64,000 bases of DNA from Histomonas meleagridis 2922-C6/04-290x (Eukaryota > Protista > Parabasalia): NCBI GenBank assembly GCA_020184695.1, contig JAANOX010000111.1, positions 124,001 to 188,000 on the forward strand, in the 5' to 3' direction. Position numbers and translations under genes: made by a program. Shown piece by piece: positions 21,378 to 33,020 of this stretch; within the stretch, counting starts at the first letter, position 1; every line of letters starts with the position of its first letter. The notes under the pieces are model-generated. The model did no database searches. It was not told the origin of the DNA and saw only the letters and a program-made list of their open reading frames with translations.

Positions 21378-21560
21378 AAATTTTTTTTTGTTTATTTTTT
21401 CATCACATGTTTGTTAGATAATTTCATGTTAAATTAACCATTTTCTTAGCAAATTAAGCTTAAAGATCATTTAAACATTTCTTTATTTTTTGATAAAAAC
21501 AACAAACAACTCAATAACTTGAAAGAGAATGAAATTTTTCACATAACATTTCTCAAGCAA

Positions 21561-23165
21561 ATGGAAGTTACACTTCCATTGTTTCCTAAAACAGATGATT
21601 TATGCAAAAGGATTAAATTACCAATACTATCTACAGTATCACCTGTGACATCTTTTGGTGTTCAAAAAATTAATTGTAAAAATGATGATCTTTCTTTTTG
21701 CCATGTTTGTCATGCATTTCTTTCATCCAATTGCAAGCATGATAATGAAAAATGGGAATGTTCAATATGCGGGAATAAGAATAAATTCATTAATTCAAGT
21801 GTATCACAAGAACAAATCAAAAATCAAAATTATGAAATCATATTAAAGTCACAAAACGATGGAGGAATTATTTTTGGTATTTATCTTTCACTAGGTTTTT
21901 CACAACAAGACTTTGTCCGTGCCAAACTTTCATGCATTTCCATTCTTAGACATCTTCCAGAATCTAGTCGAGTCATCATTTTCCTTGGAACTGATCAGTG
22001 TCCATATGTACTTCTTGTTCCTCCTAAAGATCAAAGTGAGCTTGATGAAAACTTCGTTAAAAGTGATACATCCCATTTTCCACATATCCACATTGAAACA
22101 TCCAAAGTTGCCTCAATTGCTCGGTTTGCTAGCATTGAAACTATGATTGGTATTGATTTATCAAATCTTTTTTTCACAAATAAAACAATTTCTGCAGCAG
22201 AAAGAACGATAGAGAAATTGACACTTTTAAGTAACAAAATGGAGTGCCCCAGTACGATAGAAATTGTTGGCACTCTTTCACGAGTTCTTTCTGGAACTCC
22301 GCTTCATTTTATTTCTATAGTTGATCAAATTAATCAAAGTCCTTCATTCGTTGATATGATTCATTCATTTCCAGTTCGACTTGATTTTCTTGTAGCTCAT
22401 TACACAAAAACAATTCATCAATTATACCCAAACCATCAAGGTACAATCCAAGTTATCTCAATGGAGAACCCCATTGAGCAATCATCACAGCTTCTTCTTC
22501 AAAAGACCACCTTCCAAGTCATGACTAAAGTTCGCTCAAGCCGATCAGCGGTTGAATGGCATAAACCATTGAAACATGCAACGATAGAAGGCTCAATTAT
22601 ATTTTCACCTGTTTGTATTTGTTCTGAGCAGCCATTTACACTTGAAATTCGTACACTTCCAAATCAAGATTTTTATAATTTTCAAATTGTTACCAAATAT
22701 GTAATTTGTGAAGATACAAAAACAAATTTTTATCTTCGTGTTATGAATTATTCTTTTGCTAGTTCCACAAATTTTGATGATATTGTTCAAAGAATTAATT
22801 GGAATTGTGTTTTATGGCATTGGTCTAAAAGTATTTTGACTAAAGTTCATAACGAAGCAATTAATTCGATAAATAAAATGTCAGAAGTAATGCAAAGTGT
22901 TTATAAAAGCGAAACACTTCTAAATGCTATTTCATTGTTTCCTGACTTATGGATCACAAGCAATGATATAATGAAACGATTCATTGGAACTGAACTTTTG
23001 TTGTATTCGAAGCCATCTGAAATTGGATTTATAAAAGAAGAAGAAAGCAAAAGATATGTAAGAACGCCAAACGGAACACTTGAGAATAATGAGAAAAAAG
23101 ATGTGGAAGAAGAGATGCCATTGCTCCCAATATATGTTCCAATTCGTACGTGTGATGGTAAATAG
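21561..23165 (+). CDS. Divergent Sec23/Sec24-like protein (zinc finger + trunk)
   Basis: CHVCHAFLSSNC..WECSICGNKN zinc finger followed by a vWA-like trunk; first ATG at 21561. Confidence 0.7.
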   Translation: MEVTLPLFPKTDDLCKRIKLPILSTVSPVTSFGVQKINCKNDDLSFCHVCHAFLSSNCKHDNEKWECSICGNKNKFINSSVSQEQIKNQNYEIILKSQNDGGIIFGIYLSLGFSQQDFVRAKLSCISILRHLPESSRVIIFLGTDQCPYVLLVPPKDQSELDENFVKSDTSHFPHIHIETSKVASIARFASIETMIGIDLSNLFFTNKTISAAERTIEKLTLLSNKMECPSTIEIVGTLSRVLSGTPLHFISIVDQINQSPSFVDMIHSFPVRLDFLVAHYTKTIHQLYPNHQGTIQVISMENPIEQSSQLLLQKTTFQVMTKVRSSRSAVEWHKPLKHATIEGSIIFSPVCICSEQPFTLEIRTLPNQDFYNFQIVTKYVICEDTKTNFYLRVMNYSFASSTNFDDIVQRINWNCVLWHWSKSILTKVHNEAINSINKMSEVMQSVYKSETLLNAISLFPDLWITSNDIMKRFIGTELLLYSKPSEIGFIKEEESKRYVRTPNGTLENNEKKDVEEEMPLLPIYVPIRTCDGK

Positions 23166-23578
23166 AATTGTTGTGTTATAAAATATTTGTTATAATTATT
23201 TTTTATTTAAATTAAATATTTTAATTTTTGTGGAATATAATATAATTTTTATAGTTATATTAAATTTATCGTTCAAAATTCTTTTTCTATATATTTTAAA
23301 ATCAAAACTATTTTATCTAAAGATAAATTTAGATTGTAATATGGTAACAAGTTTATTCTAATGTTGTAAGCAGAAAAACTTGCAAAAAGATCTAGACAAT
23401 ACATCAGTTAACGAAAGTATTAAATGGTTAAGATATATTATTAATCATATTTTTCAATAAAAAAAAAAAATACATAAATTCAAATTTTAAATGCTCTATA
23501 ACACATACATATTTGACTAAAAACATCGAATTATAAACATTTACTAAAAGTATTTACAAATAAAAAATATTTGATTGA

Positions 23579-24181
23579 TTATTTTTGAAATTTTGATTTA
23601 ACATTGAACGATGGTAAAGGAGAGGTCACCATCTCATTCAAAGAAAGAGGGCGATTTTGCTTGAAGAGCTGTGGCTCTCCAAAATAAGAATTTTCAATCT
23701 GCTTTCTCATGTTTGATATGATTTCTTTTGAGTCTTGAATTTTGATTTTAAGTTCATCGATGTTCCCAACTACATCATAATCGAAGTAAGGTATTTGAGT
23801 CTTTAATAATGACTGTGAATTTTCGATTTTATTTTTGGCTGCCAGAATTCGTTGGTCTACTGCTTCGATTTCTTTCTTGATTTCATTTCTTTTTTTATTC
23901 TGTTCCTTTGTAAGTGAATAAATTCTTTGGTTATATTCTTCTTGATGTCGTATTATTGTATCCATACACTTACTTTCCCATTGAGTTGGCGACATTGAAG
24001 GCAGTGAATCTTGCTCTGAAAGAGTTACTTGACCAACTAAATAATGTCTTTGTAACTTTTGAAGTTGCATTTTTTGTTTTGCAATAGTAAGAGTAGCACC
24101 AATACATAAAGTATTAAGAGACGCACCAGTCATGGCTGTATTCCATTGTACAATTTCTTTGTTATTATCGTAAGTGTTCAT
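23579..24181 (-). CDS. Coiled-coil hypothetical protein (200 aa)
   Basis: ATG ORF with heptad-rich Q/E/K segments. Confidence 0.65.
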   Translation of the reverse strand: MNTYDNNKEIVQWNTAMTGASLNTLCIGATLTIAKQKMQLQKLQRHYLVGQVTLSEQDSLPSMSPTQWESKCMDTIIRHQEEYNQRIYSLTKEQNKKRNEIKKEIEAVDQRILAAKNKIENSQSLLKTQIPYFDYDVVGNIDELKIKIQDSKEIISNMRKQIENSYFGEPQLFKQNRPLSLNEMVTSPLPSFNVKSKFQK

Positions 24182-24263
24182 TTTTTATTTTAAACGTTTA
24201 TAAAAAACGTTAATTTTTTTATGCGAAAAAATTGACGAACACTGTGAAAATTATTGCTTCGAT

Positions 24264-24584
24264 ATGTCTGGGATGGCTTTTACCCCTGGGCCACTTAGGC
24301 TAAAAGGCAGAAAGAAAAAATCAGCAGCTTCTAGGGCTACTCCAAAAAAACCTCAAAAGAACAATGATTCCAAAGATCAAGAATTGGAAACAAAACAAGA
24401 AGAAAACCCTGATGATGTTTTGAACACGCTCACCGATGCAGAAATTCGTTTCATGGAAATAAATAATCAGTGTAGAAAAAGAACAATCGAAAAGAATGCA
24501 TCTCTTTCTTATAAAGAACAGATCGAAAAATATAATGAACACTTACTCAAAGCTCCAATGCACTTTGATCTTGAAGGTGATTAA
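24264..24584 (+). CDS. FAM32A: FAM32A-like protein
   Basis: GPLRLKG N-terminal motif and LTDAEIRF..ASLSYKEQIEKYNEHL..HFDL match the FAM32A pattern. Confidence 0.75.
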   Translation: MSGMAFTPGPLRLKGRKKKSAASRATPKKPQKNNDSKDQELETKQEENPDDVLNTLTDAEIRFMEINNQCRKRTIEKNASLSYKEQIEKYNEHLLKAPMHFDLEGD

Positions 24585-24824
24585 TTTTTTCCTTTTCCTT
24601 TCTTTTTGCTAAAAAATTAGATCTCGATATCATTGTTTATAATGCCCAAAATATCCATAATCAATAAAGAATAATTCGAACTATATGTTAAGATCATCTA
24701 TATTGTGCATACTATTTTAATTCAAAATCAGAAAAATTAAAATATTTTATATCGTATTTTATTTGTTTGTAAGTAAATAATTTTATTTTATCAATTGTTT
24801 TTATATAAGTTAATAGTTGCCATA

Positions 24825-26774
24825 ATGATTAGTAGACTTAGAAAGAGATATTACATCTCAAGACCTAAAAATGTGACTCGAGACATTTATATTGATCACG
24901 ATTTAAATTGGGTTTTTGGAGAATCATTTGATCCTAAGAAAATTTTTATTAAGCTTAATGTTATAGGTAAAGGATGTCTTGGAACAGTTAACAAAGTTAT
25001 TCATTTACCCTCTATGAAACAACTTGCAGGAAAGTTTATTCACCCAGCTTTAATAAATGAAGACATGCTCAAAGAAATTAAACATGAAGTCCAAATCATG
25101 AAAGAAATCGATTCGCCATATACAGTTCATTATTATGGTTGTGTTCCTTATGATAATACATTAATGATTTTAATGGAGTATTGTAGTTGTGGATCAATAC
25201 GTGATATACTTGATAAACGTCAAATAGTTTTAAGTGAAGACATAATTTCAATTATAATGAATGAAGTATTAAATGGTTTGCAAGTTTTACATAATGAATA
25301 CCATATTATTCATTGTGATATAAAGGCATCAAATATTTTATTAACATCTACAGGTGAAATTAAGATTGCTGATTATGGAGTATCAAGAAAGCATGGATCA
25401 GTATCATTATCACATGGATTTGGAATAATTAGTACACCATATTGGATGGCACCAGAAGTAATATCTAAAGCTTCATATGATTATAAATCTGATGTATGGA
25501 GTATAGGAATGACAGCAATTGAGCTAGCAGAAGGCGCCCCTCCATATTCAGAATATATTCAAACAAAAGCTATTTTGGAAATCGTTACAAATGGTTTTCA
25601 GGGCTTTCGATATCCAAAGATGCATTCAGAAGATTTTTGTGATTTTGTAAATAAATGTCTACAAAAGAACCCAAAAGATAGATGGGAAATAAGTAAGTTA
25701 CTTGAACATTCATTTATTCAACGAGCTAGAAGATTAGCAAAAGAAAAAATTCTTAAAACATTGGGAAATACATTTCGAAACTCTTTTTCATTTAATACTG
25801 GAATCAAAACTGTTCCTGAATATCACAAAGGAGATTTATCTGCACAAATGATGAGCAGTGAAAGTTATTCCCAATCTTCACCAATTTACCTTGGATCTGA
25901 TATTCAACTATCAAATAGTGGCTTTAATTCTTCTTCATTTCAAAATAATATTCTTCAAAATACTCAAGGTATTGATAAAAAATTAGGTGAATCAATTGAT
26001 AAAATAATAAATGAAATTGATACATTTAATGAAACAGTTTCACGATTAGCAAGTTTATTCTCTGAATATATTCGTTCTCATTCATCTAATTCATTAAATA
26101 GCTTTGAGTTACAAAAGAAAAATATTGAATCATTAGAAAACATGATTGAAGAATTAATATCATCAAATGTTCTCACCAATTTGTTGAAATTCAAGAAAAT
26201 AAATCAATTTCCAAATAAAAATTATCCTTGCTTTAAATATCATTCATTAAATGTTGATAAGAAAAAAGATTTTCTTTCATCTCATAAAATAAGGGAATAT
26301 CCTAATTCAGTCAATCTTAAGATTGTTCAAAGAAAAGCTCCAAATATCATTAGACAAACATTAAGAGCAAATCATAAACAAAAAGAGAGAAATTTTGATT
26401 TAACATATATTTCTAAAATTTCCCAAACAGATAACATTTCAAATATATCAGATGAAATATTTGTTATTGGTTCAAGGATAATGAGCATGAAAATTCCATT
26501 TGTACAATTGAGAGCGATTACAAACCAAAATATTTCACCACATGCTATTTATGAACATAGGGATTGCTTGAACATTAAAAAACAAAAGGTAAAACATCAA
26601 TCAAATGAAAAACATGATTTTTATGATAAGAAAATGGTAACTCATTCCTCCATTTTTCTTGTTTTTCTTGTTTATTTCTTTTTTGGATTTGAAGGATTTC
26701 TTTTCTTAATATGCTGTTCATTTGAAACAAATGTATTAATAAAATTTCAAAAAAGAAAAAACAAGAAGATTTAA
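24825..26774 (+). CDS. STE20-family Ser/Thr kinase with C-terminal TM-like segment
   Basis: GKGCLG, AGK, HCDIKASNILL, DYG, TPYWMAPEV, DVWSIGMTAIELAEGAPPY. Confidence 0.9.
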   Translation: MISRLRKRYYISRPKNVTRDIYIDHDLNWVFGESFDPKKIFIKLNVIGKGCLGTVNKVIHLPSMKQLAGKFIHPALINEDMLKEIKHEVQIMKEIDSPYTVHYYGCVPYDNTLMILMEYCSCGSIRDILDKRQIVLSEDIISIIMNEVLNGLQVLHNEYHIIHCDIKASNILLTSTGEIKIADYGVSRKHGSVSLSHGFGIISTPYWMAPEVISKASYDYKSDVWSIGMTAIELAEGAPPYSEYIQTKAILEIVTNGFQGFRYPKMHSEDFCDFVNKCLQKNPKDRWEISKLLEHSFIQRARRLAKEKILKTLGNTFRNSFSFNTGIKTVPEYHKGDLSAQMMSSESYSQSSPIYLGSDIQLSNSGFNSSSFQNNILQNTQGIDKKLGESIDKIINEIDTFNETVSRLASLFSEYIRSHSSNSLNSFELQKKNIESLENMIEELISSNVLTNLLKFKKINQFPNKNYPCFKYHSLNVDKKKDFLSSHKIREYPNSVNLKIVQRKAPNIIRQTLRANHKQKERNFDLTYISKISQTDNISNISDEIFVIGSRIMSMKIPFVQLRAITNQNISPHAIYEHRDCLNIKKQKVKHQSNEKHDFYDKKMVTHSSIFLVFLVYFFFGFEGFLFLICCSFETNVLIKFQKRKNKKI

Positions 26775-26798
26775 TAACCGTCATAACCGCTTTCACTA

Positions 26799-26842
26799 GT
26801 CACTTTTCAAATAGCTTAAAGTCACTTTTCAAATAGCTTAAA
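26799..26842 (+). repeat. Exact 22-nt tandem duplication containing an Inr-like TCACT
   Basis: GTCACTTTTCAAATAGCTTAAA occurs twice, 9 nt upstream of the phosphatase ATG. Confidence 0.85.
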
Positions 26843-26851
26843 AAAGATTTT

Positions 26852-27862
26852 ATGTGGAGAAAGCAAATTTGTGGTCTATGGAAACCACAAATGATATCCC
26901 TCTTATACCCTGATGGAGAAGCTGTTGAGGAACCAGATTCTCTTGATAAAGTCATTGAAAATCTTCTCAATTCTGTTCTTCCAACACCTCAAGAACTTCA
27001 ATCCATAATTAGTAAAGCAACAGAAATATTCCGAGAGGAACCAAACATTCTTGAGATCAAACCTCCCATAGTTATTTGTGGAGATGTACATGGGCAATTT
27101 GATGACATGCTTCAAATTTTTCAAATTTCTGGAACTCCTCCGTATACACAATTTCTTTTTCTTGGTGATTATGTTGATAGAGGCACCAAAAGCATCGAAA
27201 TTATGATTCTTCTATGCATCTTCAAAATAAAATATCCGAACAAATTCTTTATGATACGTGGGAATCACGAAAGCATGAACATTTCCCAAGTGTACGGGTT
27301 TTATCAAGAAGTTCTCACCAAGTACAGATCGGATTCACTTTATCAATCGTTTAAACCACTTTTTGAATCCATGCCGATAGCAGCGGTTATAAACGGCGAA
27401 TATTTTTGTGTGCATGGCGGTATTAGTGAAAACGCAATGACTCTATCAGAAATCTCGAACATTAATCGATTTACAGAAATACCTAGCACTGGTGCACTCT
27501 GTGAATTAGTATGGAATGATCCAGCAAAAGATAATTCTGGATTTACTGAATCTGGAGGACGTAATGTTGGCGCACTCTTTGGAATGAAGTCTACTGATTT
27601 ATTCTTTTCAAAGAACAATGGAATAAATCTTATAATTCGAGCACATCAATTGAAGAAACAAGGATTCGAATACTGTCAAAACAATAAAGTTTTAACATTG
27701 TTTAGTGCTCCGAACTATGAATCGATGTCAGGAAATGATGGCGCAATACTTTGCGTAGACGAAAAAATGACAAGAAACATAATTAGGTTCAAGAAACTGC
27801 CGCCAAACGAGAAAATATGGGAGCGATTGAGTAGTGTCGTATACAATCGAATTGGGGAGTAA
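26852..27862 (+). CDS. PPP-family Ser/Thr protein phosphatase
   Basis: GDVHGQ, GDYVDRG, RGNHES, HGG, RAHQ and SAPNY motifs. Confidence 0.95.
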   Translation: MWRKQICGLWKPQMISLLYPDGEAVEEPDSLDKVIENLLNSVLPTPQELQSIISKATEIFREEPNILEIKPPIVICGDVHGQFDDMLQIFQISGTPPYTQFLFLGDYVDRGTKSIEIMILLCIFKIKYPNKFFMIRGNHESMNISQVYGFYQEVLTKYRSDSLYQSFKPLFESMPIAAVINGEYFCVHGGISENAMTLSEISNINRFTEIPSTGALCELVWNDPAKDNSGFTESGGRNVGALFGMKSTDLFFSKNNGINLIIRAHQLKKQGFEYCQNNKVLTLFSAPNYESMSGNDGAILCVDEKMTRNIIRFKKLPPNEKIWERLSSVVYNRIGE

Positions 27863-27976
27863 TGTGTTTATTTGTTGTAGTAAAGTTTATTTTTCATAAT
27901 TAAATTAAACCTATAAAAATGTAATGCTAATTCATATTTTATAGTTATTTTTAAATGTGCATTTTTGAAATTGCAT

Positions 27977-28075
27977 AAAGCTTCATGAAATTTTCACCCA
28001 GGCGGTTGGGACACTTTTGAATGCTTTTGAGTTCAATTTGAAAAAGTTTGTTCAAAGGGTATTGAACTGAGCTTT
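27977..28075. repeat. Dispersed element, copy 2
   Basis: Shares a 50-nt identical core and the terminal inverted repeats with 3424-3512, in the same orientation. Confidence 0.7.
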
Positions 28076-28690
28076 TGGTACTATATGTTAAACTCGACTA
28101 GCGATTTCCGCCCATCGTATATAGCGATCATCCTACAATCTTGATATTATGGATATATAATATATATACATAGTTGTATCTATGATTAATATAAATCTAA
28201 GAATTATATTATGATTAGCACGAGATAAATTTATTCTTTTATTCCAAAAAGTGACAGAAATCGACTTTTGCATGGTTTATATCGAATGATAAGGGCAACG
28301 ATAAGTGACGATAGGAGCGAATTTGAATGACGGTAAATATTATCAAAATTTTACCCTTTATTCGAAAAGATACGTTGTTTGTTTGTTTCTTGTATATAAA
28401 TAAAGTTGTTACTAATTATTGGAATGTTTTTGTATAGTTTACTTTATTATTATTAGGGTGCTCCAATGTTAATAGTTTTTTACTTCTAGAAACTTCCATT
28501 ATAAACATACCTTGATGTAATATATTGAAAAAACTATTTGTTTTTTCATGGTATTAGTTTTTCATCAATAAAATCAAATAAATATTAAGTTGATTGATTT
28601 GTGTCAGTCGCGATAAAACTGACAAACGAACGTTTAAATGTCAAATCTTACACAAAATTCCAAAGTACAGAAACGTTTCGTCTAAAAAAA

Positions 28691-31600
28691 ATGTTGGTGC
28701 TTTTATTTCTTCAAAAAAGCTTCCAACTTGATGTTACAATATTCATGGATCAGACAAAAAAACAAATTTCAGGCGAAAACCTAACCAACATAATTGCAGA
28801 CTTTTCAGGAATTACTTCAATTGAAATTTCAAATGGTTATCTTTCAAATTATGACATAATAAATTGCAACAGATCTCTTACTAATGTTGTTACATACAAA
28901 GCAACCAACGTTCAATTTGAAAATAAAAAAATTCCTTCATACTCATTTACTGCAATGAAGAAACTTAAGGAAATATCTATTCAAGGAGACCTTGAGGTTG
29001 TTGGCCAGAGTTCATTTGCTAGGCTTTGGTTACTCGAAAAAGTTTATTTTTCTAATGTTGTAACAATTGAAACAGCTACCTTTTTATTATGCACTTCACT
29101 GACAACATTTGAGGCACCTACTCTAAAAAGCTTTGGTCAAGGAAGTTTTCGTCAATGTCAATCATTAATTAAAGTTTCATTTCCAGATGTTGAATCCATT
29201 CCAATTTCTGCTTTTTTCAATTGTGTCAAATTAAATTATGCATATTTACCCAAGGCAATAAATATTAGTGAAGAATCTTTTTGTTATTGTATTTCATTAG
29301 CTGACATTACATTGCATCCTGACATTTCTACACTTCCATCGTCTTTATTCCAATATTGCTCAAGTTTAACTTGCTTAAGTTTCCCGAAAGCAATAAATAT
29401 AAATTCATTTGTTTTTTGTGGTTGTACCTCATTAGTTAACATTACGTTACATCCTGATATTTCGATTCTTCCACAAAGTTTATTCCAAGATTGCTCAAGT
29501 TTAACATGCTTAAGTTTCCCGAATGTTAAAAATTTAAGTATAGAGGTTTTTTATGGTTGTACATCATTAGTTAACATTACGTTACATCCTGATATCGATG
29601 AAATATCACAAAATGCATTTAGGGATTGTCTTAGTTTAGCTAATGTAAGTTTTACAAACGTCAAATTTCTTAATGATTATGCTTTTTATCGATGCAATTC
29701 ATTTACAATTATTAGTCTGCCAAATGTTCAAGTCTTGATGAAATCTGTATTTTATTTCTGTACGAATTTAATGGAAATATATTTACCAAAAGCTACAAAC
29801 TTTGGCGATCTTGTATTTCACAATTGTCATAATTTAGCTATTATTCATTATGGAGAAATAAAATCTATTGGAATAGGATGCTTTCAAAATTGTTATTTAT
29901 TAACAAATGTTTCAGACATTACCAAAAATTTAGTAACAATTAATGAATCTTTATTTTCTAGGTGTATAAATATTCAATCATTTGAATCAAATGTCGCTGA
30001 ATCTATTGGCTTGCGAACATTTTATGAATGTGTCCGATTAGAAACATTAACTTTACCCAACTTAATACAAATTGGTAATGAATCCTTTGCATATTGCATT
30101 AAACTTAAAGAATTTATGGGTAGTAATATAGATAAAATTCCCAGGGAAGCATTTACATATTGTACTTCATTAAGAAGTTGTAATTTTATAATAGCTACAT
30201 TTTGTGGTACAAAAGCATTTTATCATTGTACTTCATTAACGGATACAACATTTTTATCAAACCTTCAAATAATTAATGAGAGTGCATTTGAAGATTGTTG
30301 GTCATTATACATTGCAGGCTTTATAAATGTGTATTATATAGGTGATTATGCGTTTAAGAATTGCGTTAAATTAACAGTTTTCTTTTCTTATAATATAACT
30401 AGGTTCGGTAAATCCATATTTGAAAATTGTACCACTTTGCAAAGTATCTCTATGCGTGGATTAAAAAAGATTAATTCAGAAGATACATTACCATTATATG
30501 AGAACCAACAACTAATTTACATCGATTTCCCAGATCTGATAGAAATACCATCAAATTTCTTAAGTAATTGTCATTCTTTAACTGATGTAACCTTACCAGC
30601 AATTGAAAGAATTGGAGATAATTTTTGTTTTAATTCATCTTCTTTGTTTGAAATGACTTTACCTTCATTAGTATCAATCGGTAATGATTGTTTTAAGAAT
30701 TGTATAAACTTAAGATATCTAAATGTTCCTAAGTTAAAATACATTGGCGATAGTTTCATGCAAGGTTGTATTAATTTTAGGCCAACAAATTTCTCGACAT
30801 TATTATCAATTGGTAAAAATCCTTTTATTGACAGTAAAGAAAGGTTTTTAAGTACATTTAATTTCAATAGTTTACAATATGCATATGATTGTTTTACTTA
30901 TAATATTAATTTCATTGGGGATATTGAAGAATTTCAAATTTCTACACCTAAACTTTTGAAACTTGGTAATAATCCATTTCCTAAGGGAAATATTGGTGGT
31001 AAATTTGTTCATAATACAGTTACTAATTTAAGTAATAATACATTTTCTAATTTCGATCAATTAAATGAAGTTGAGATGACAAATTTAACTTATTGTGAAG
31101 ATAATACATTTGCAAATTGTACTAATTTAACAATCGTTAAATTACCATCATTAAAAGAATGTGGTGATTCTACATTTGAAAATTGTTCTTCATTAAAAAG
31201 TGTTAAATTGAATTCATTATTAAAATGTAAAGCAAAAACATTTTATAATTGTTATAAAATAGTAGAAATTTTAATGCCAAATGTTATAGATATTGGCCCT
31301 TTATCATTTGCTAATTGTTTTGATTTATATGAAATTGATTTCCCATGTGTTGAAAGAATTGATGCTCGTGCATTTGTAAATTGTTCTCATTTAGTAAGTG
31401 TTTCAGTTCCTCAATTAAATTTTGCAGGTGAATTCATGTTTTCTGGATGTACTTTACTTCAACATTTAAATTTCCAATATTTGGAAGATACAAGTAATGG
31501 AATGTTTCAATATTGTTGCTCTTTGAATGAAATTCTATCATCTTCTTCATATGTTAATGATTATTTCTTACAAGGTTGTACTCGTTTATCAACGGCTCAA

Positions 31601-32560
31601 TTTAATAGTGCTATTTATATTGGAAAATATGCATTTGATGGTTGTGTTTTACTTAGAAATATCTCATTAGCAGCTGTCGAAACAATTAATGAACATGCTT
31701 TTTCTGGATGCATTAATATATATAGTGTACATTTCCCTGTATTAAGTTATGTATATGATGGAGCTTTCCAAAATTGTATTAGCTTGATTAATATTTCTTT
31801 CCCTAATACAACATTAATATCAGAAAAAGGATTTTATAATTGTTCTTCTTTAAGTTCAGTTTATTTACCAAATGTAACATCAATTGGTGAAAAAGCTTTT
31901 TATAAATGTTCTTCTTTAAGATCAATTTCTTTGCCACATTTATACTCAATGTCTAATGAAGCTTTCTCCGAATGTACTTCACTTGAAATTGCCGATTTTC
32001 AAAACCTGACAGATATCGATGGTGATAAACATTTCTCAAATTGCTATAATCTAAAATCAGTTTTGTTCCCAATACTTCAACGTATAATGTCAACTGCATC
32101 GAACATATTTGCAAACTGTAGTAATATCACTAAGTTGTCATTACCAAGTGAACCTCCAAAAGAATTTTGTGATGACTTCATTCTACGTGCAAATGTAAAA
32201 ACAGTAAATGATTCAGGAAATGTTTACGCATCAGAAATTACTGTGTGCTTGCCTTACAAGGAGAATTACGAGAACTATCAAAAAAATAATACTTACACTA
32301 ATTTCTGGAAACATTTACAAGTGCGTGCGCCAGATATGAGCGAAACATTCAAGAGAATATGTCCTGAAACAAAACAAAATGATAATAAAATTAGTAATGC
32401 CGAAATTGCAGCATGTTCCGTGGGCGCAGTTGCATTAGTAATTGTTTTGGTCGCTCTTGTTGTAATGCTTGTGATGAGAACAAAAACAAAACAAACTATA
32501 AAAAGAGAAGAAACAATGGTACACGAACTATCAGAAGCGGTTTTAGATGATTTCGGGTGA
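28691..32560 (+). CDS. BspA-like (LRR_5) surface protein with C-terminal TM
   Basis: Dozens of AFxxCxxLxxIxLP repeats; hydrophobic N-terminus from ATG 28691; TM IAACSVGAVALVIVLVALVVMLV. Confidence 0.95.
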   Translation: MLVLLFLQKSFQLDVTIFMDQTKKQISGENLTNIIADFSGITSIEISNGYLSNYDIINCNRSLTNVVTYKATNVQFENKKIPSYSFTAMKKLKEISIQGDLEVVGQSSFARLWLLEKVYFSNVVTIETATFLLCTSLTTFEAPTLKSFGQGSFRQCQSLIKVSFPDVESIPISAFFNCVKLNYAYLPKAINISEESFCYCISLADITLHPDISTLPSSLFQYCSSLTCLSFPKAININSFVFCGCTSLVNITLHPDISILPQSLFQDCSSLTCLSFPNVKNLSIEVFYGCTSLVNITLHPDIDEISQNAFRDCLSLANVSFTNVKFLNDYAFYRCNSFTIISLPNVQVLMKSVFYFCTNLMEIYLPKATNFGDLVFHNCHNLAIIHYGEIKSIGIGCFQNCYLLTNVSDITKNLVTINESLFSRCINIQSFESNVAESIGLRTFYECVRLETLTLPNLIQIGNESFAYCIKLKEFMGSNIDKIPREAFTYCTSLRSCNFIIATFCGTKAFYHCTSLTDTTFLSNLQIINESAFEDCWSLYIAGFINVYYIGDYAFKNCVKLTVFFSYNITRFGKSIFENCTTLQSISMRGLKKINSEDTLPLYENQQLIYIDFPDLIEIPSNFLSNCHSLTDVTLPAIERIGDNFCFNSSSLFEMTLPSLVSIGNDCFKNCINLRYLNVPKLKYIGDSFMQGCINFRPTNFSTLLSIGKNPFIDSKERFLSTFNFNSLQYAYDCFTYNINFIGDIEEFQISTPKLLKLGNNPFPKGNIGGKFVHNTVTNLSNNTFSNFDQLNEVEMTNLTYCEDNTFANCTNLTIVKLPSLKECGDSTFENCSSLKSVKLNSLLKCKAKTFYNCYKIVEILMPNVIDIGPLSFANCFDLYEIDFPCVERIDARAFVNCSHLVSVSVPQLNFAGEFMFSGCTLLQHLNFQYLEDTSNGMFQYCCSLNEILSSSSYVNDYFLQGCTRLSTAQFNSAIYIGKYAFDGCVLLRNISLAAVETINEHAFSGCINIYSVHFPVLSYVYDGAFQNCISLINISFPNTTLISEKGFYNCSSLSSVYLPNVTSIGEKAFYKCSSLRSISLPHLYSMSNEAFSECTSLEIADFQNLTDIDGDKHFSNCYNLKSVLFPILQRIMSTASNIFANCSNITKLSLPSEPPKEFCDDFILRANVKTVNDSGNVYASEITVCLPYKENYENYQKNNTYTNFWKHLQVRAPDMSETFKRICPETKQNDNKISNAEIAACSVGAVALVIVLVALVVMLVMRTKTKQTIKREETMVHELSEAVLDDFG

Positions 32561-33020
32561 CGGTTAATTTGGATGTTGTATTCTATAAATCATTTTAATA
32601 GTTTTCTTTTATTAAATCCTTAATCAAAATCGCTTCCTTAAAACTTTTTAAACATAATTTTTGGAATTTTGAATTTGTTGTACAGGTTCAGAAAATTGAA
32701 ATAAAAGTGCACTTTTGGTACGATTAAAAAGCACATAAAAAGTCCCATTTTCACGGTTATTTCGGTGAAAAACTCATGAGTTTGTTCTTCAAAATGAACT
32801 ATATAAACTTATCAATTTTTATTTCTGATATTTAAAAGTGCTTGATCGGATGTACGTTTATCTTTATCATACTGTTTTTCTGAGTTTATTTGGCCGAAGT
32901 CTACTTTTTCTTTGCTGTTTTGTAAAAAACCGATAAATGATTTTCTGAAATTCAAATATCTGACGGCGGTTAAATTTGATGCATCCGCTTATCTTTTCTT
33001 TATTACAAGATTTTGTATTT

